Positions 60,397 to 64,000 of a stretch of DNA of 64,000 nt are shown here, one piece after another. Within the stretch, counting starts at the first letter, position 1; each line of letters starts with the position of its first letter. The translations under genes and the position numbers were made by a program. The DNA lies in assembly GCA_030704615.1 (NCBI GenBank), contig CM060731.1:61752001-61816000 (forward strand). Reading direction: 5' to 3'. This stretch comes from Takakia lepidozioides (Eukaryota; Plantae; Bryophyta). Below the pieces are notes generated by a model. It had not been told where the DNA came from, ran no database searches, and worked only from the letters and a program-made list of their open reading frames with translations.

Positions 60397-63300
60397 CTAG
60401 ACGTAGTAAATCATGCCAACCTCAATGAGGGAGATGTGGGGAATGCTAAGCGCAACAGTTGGACCCCTACAGTTCCTTCTCAAGAAAGTATATGCTACAT
60501 TGATTACAAATTTTTTCAGAAAGGACGATGACTTTTTTGCTTTTACGTATGAGTGGCCCAGCACATAAGCTATGCCTGCCTCCTTCGCTTCCTTCAGCTC
60601 CTGCAGTTCATCCCGAATATCTGGGTCAACGCCAGGAGCTGTGGGTGTGGGTAAGTCAAACTGCACCCGTTTCTTCCGACCCACATTGGAGAGGGATTCG
60701 CTGTCTGTCAGCTCCTGAACATGGTCAATCAAAAAATTCAGGCATTAGATACCAGCAGGAGCTTAAATCAACACTGAATCCCATACAACCAGATTGACAC
60801 TGGCACTGTGGCATTATGGTGCAGCTCCTACCAGTTATGGCCCCCTCATCGGTGGTGACCTGCTGACTACCCCCTCTCAAGTATATCCCTCACCTAACAA
60901 TGGGGTCTAATCACAAGGCTGCGGTCTAGGATGTAATCTTTTCTGTTGTTTTGTTCTCCTTTCCCAACAAACTGCATCTCCCCCAGCAGGATCCCACAGT
61001 GAGATATGGGAAAGAAGGTACATCTCATGCGTGATGGAACCATACCTTGAGACCCGAGAGTCTGGGTGAACTGCAATTGTATGCTGAAGGCAATGACACA
61101 GAGCTCTCCTCATAGTCTGAATCAGGGGAAGTCAGCTTCATGCCCCGTGAATCAAAACGTGTGCCAAGTACAGCCATCCGTCCTTCAGCTGACACCTCAC
61201 TGCTGGAGGGTATCCACGGCACCGCCCCCTCTGTTTGTATGAACTCGCTGAGATTGACAATCAACTGGTTCTCAAAATCATTGTCATCCTTGTGTACATC
61301 CTTGTAGCCATAACGCACTACACACCTGTTGCAGTAAAAAGTCAGATGTACACGTCCTACATATAGGCCGTCTAAGTCCTTCATCACATTACCACATCTG
61401 CCTGCAAGCCTAAGCTCAACCAGTCTGCACAAGTCCTACATACAGGCCCTCCCGCCCTTCATCACATTACCATGTCTGCCTGCAAGTCTGTATTTGTGAT
61501 GTCAAAGCGCCTTGTTGTTACGCTAATAGCAAGCTTGCAATTCTTAAGCCTAACTTTAACATGGACCAATAGGCTCAGGCTGGTTCACCAGTACGACACT
61601 ACATTGTCTACACAGGAAATTGAAAAAGGAAACACAAAAAAGAGAAGGGTGGACTCCTGCCAAATAAAACGAAGGATTGCTTGTGATGAAACAAAGCGCA
61701 TACTGCGAAGAAAATCTAAAACTGGCAGCAGAGTTACTGACCTGTACATTCGGTATTCCTTTGGTCCAATCCGGCCAATGAGGTATCGCTCATGCGCACA
61801 AACATAAGGGACTGGAACCGATTTAATACAAACAAAGATCACAACTTGGTGGAACGCTGGTAAATTTGTCACAAAATGGGAGAAAATCGCTGGCACACCC
61901 GTGACGAGCTCTGTGTAAATCAGACCAATCCCGGGCACACGGACGATACCGAGACTTGGGCCAAGAGTGAGAATCCATTTCATAGAGACTTTGTTCTGCA
62001 GGTCAAACTCATATTTCTTGGACGTACCATAGTGCCACACGTACATGATGCACATGAAAATCACTGACAGTACCAAGGGAGCCCATCCCCCCTGAGGCAC
62101 TTTGATCAATGAGGCTGAGATGTACATGAGTTCAATTGAGCCGAAAAAGATGAGAAAACAAATAGCTAAAAAGATACTTCGGCGCCACACTATGACAATG
62201 ACCAACGTCATTAGACATGTGGTCACCAGCATCACCGATATAACTGCGAGGCCTGCGGCATGCACAACCAAATTGTTAGTATATTTTTCAAACTGAAACA
62301 AACCTGTTACATGTGTGAGATGCCGACAGTACAGCCAAAAATTGGGCTACTAATACCATAGCCAGATTGGGCCCATTGCACGATTAACAATGAAAAGGTC
62401 CACAAATCACCAAACAGACATCTGGCCAGGTTGACCACACAAGAATGACAAAAAAGTATGAAGTGTAGGGAAGAGGGGAACAAAGCTCCCACCATATGCA
62501 TTGCCGATTGTGATGGTGTCTTGGAAACCGATAGTGATTGCCAGGCACAACACCAATAAGGTCCAATTAATCTCAGGGATGTAGATTTGCCCATTAATGT
62601 GCTCAGAGGTGTGCACCACTTTGACACGAGGGAAGCAACCAAGTGCCAGGCATTGCTTAATGATGGAGAATGTGGCCGATATGACGGCCTGACTCCCCAC
62701 AACAGATGCTAGGGTTGCCACCACAAACACAGGCCAGAAGACAGGCTCTGCACAGAATCAAACAAAAAATTACCAAAAAGCATTTCTCCTTGTATGTACT
62801 GTTCTATGCCCTTGCAGGTCCTTGGTCAAACGTCTCACTCATTCTATTTTTGGAGGCCAGGCCACAGACAGGGAGAAAAGTCTGCCACCCACAAGCAGCA
62901 AGGAAACAATTGCTGGCCAAAAGAGCCACTCCGTTACATGCGTTAGTCATGCTGCTCTCTATTCATCTCATGCTTGATGTGAAAGTAACTTGCAAAATGC
63001 AGCACAGAAGAGCTACAGACATCAGGACTCCAAGGCAAAGGTGCTCTACTTGGGATCGACTTATAGAAGCTCTTTGAGATGTCATTCAGGTTCTTGGACA
63101 GATAAGCAGCCTGCCCCATATACGCAAGTAGCAAACATGGATATACCACACCCGTGAAAGCTATCTGCACTCCCACCAACGAAATACACATATCAGAACT
63201 ACTATCCTTATGCCAAGATATGGTGCAGTATTTCATCATCCAGGTGGCATCATATAGCTTCTACGACATGAGCACCTATCTCAGGACCTCCTTACAGGAA

Positions 63301-64000
63301 TAATGGCAGCCTTCACATGCCTTCACAATGAGGACTAACTTTCCTAGTGCACTTGAGGGATGAGGCCATTAACACATCACATACCTGCGTCATGAAGGAA
63401 CCCTTCTCACTCTCAAGTTAAGGAGCATCAGAGTGCCATTCACAGCTTTTCGCAAAAATCAAACAGACTACAGAGTAACGGTGTCTTTACATGCAGCACT
63501 CTTAATGGAAACACATAAATCAACCCTCACAGGCACTCACTCTTACTCATAAATGCTTTGCCAGTGGCCTACACACTACTATGACTCGGGAACTTTTAGC
63601 AATCAGAGCCCCATTTCTTACTCAAAAATTCCAACACAGTTCCAAACCCTGACCCTACAATCCAAGCCAGTCCCTTTTCCTACCTCTCTATTCAACTCTC
63701 ACAGACTGAGGACACTGAAACACAGCCTGCAAAAAAAAGAAGTCGTCATCTCGCGATTCCTTCAGGAAATAACTGTTACTCGACCTTGATGGAGAGCTGT
63801 GAGAAATGCCCCAGGTCTGCAAACATGGCCTCCGTTCCTGCATGCAGTGACCCCCATGGATACAAAGTGTGTAAGAACTTGTGCATAAGAATAGGACCTG
63901 GGAACGGAACACTCAACACAGATACTGATAGCCACAGCGAGAATATTTAGTACGTCCCCACAGGACCATACGACCCAATCAAACTACAACAGAGAACCAT
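60397..64000 (-). CDS. Second KUP/HAK/KT potassium transporter (3' six exons; 5' part beyond the window)
   Basis: Exons 63837-63785, 63164-63050, 62747-62493, 62252-61742, 61325-61046, 60714-60397. Motifs [59 protein letters not shown]. Confidence 0.93.

Overview
Nuclear DNA from a land plant. The moss-like PLS-PPR and Ty3 sequences suggest a non-seed plant (inference). The left ~28 kb is a dense, rearranged graveyard of PLS-class PPR / E / E+ / DYW RNA-editing-factor fragments on both strands. It is interleaved with a repeated N-terminal leader module, a doubly truncated Ty3/gypsy element, a TIR element carrying a captured 5' exon, and orphan exons (one from Elongin C). The right half holds apparently intact genes: an intronless CYP77/CYP89-like P450, a 10-exon KUP/HAK/KT K+ transporter, proteasome assembly chaperone PAC1, and the 3' part of a second KUP/HAK. 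It also holds a 3-exon ABCG/PDR fragment, a plastid trnS-UGA insertion, LINE fragments and several non-autonomous DNA transposons. The most unexpected signal is two dispersed, protein-level-diverged copies (19859-20616 and 54634-55146) of an intronless gene with motifs like phage T7 gp2.5/DUF2815-type ssDNA-binding proteins, possibly marking an uncharacterised mobile or viral family. Other leads are PPR module shuffling with variation at specificity residues, a transposon-borne targeting exon shared with the PPR leaders, and an array of three long perfect palindromes (50965-51245). All calls were made by eye without database searches.
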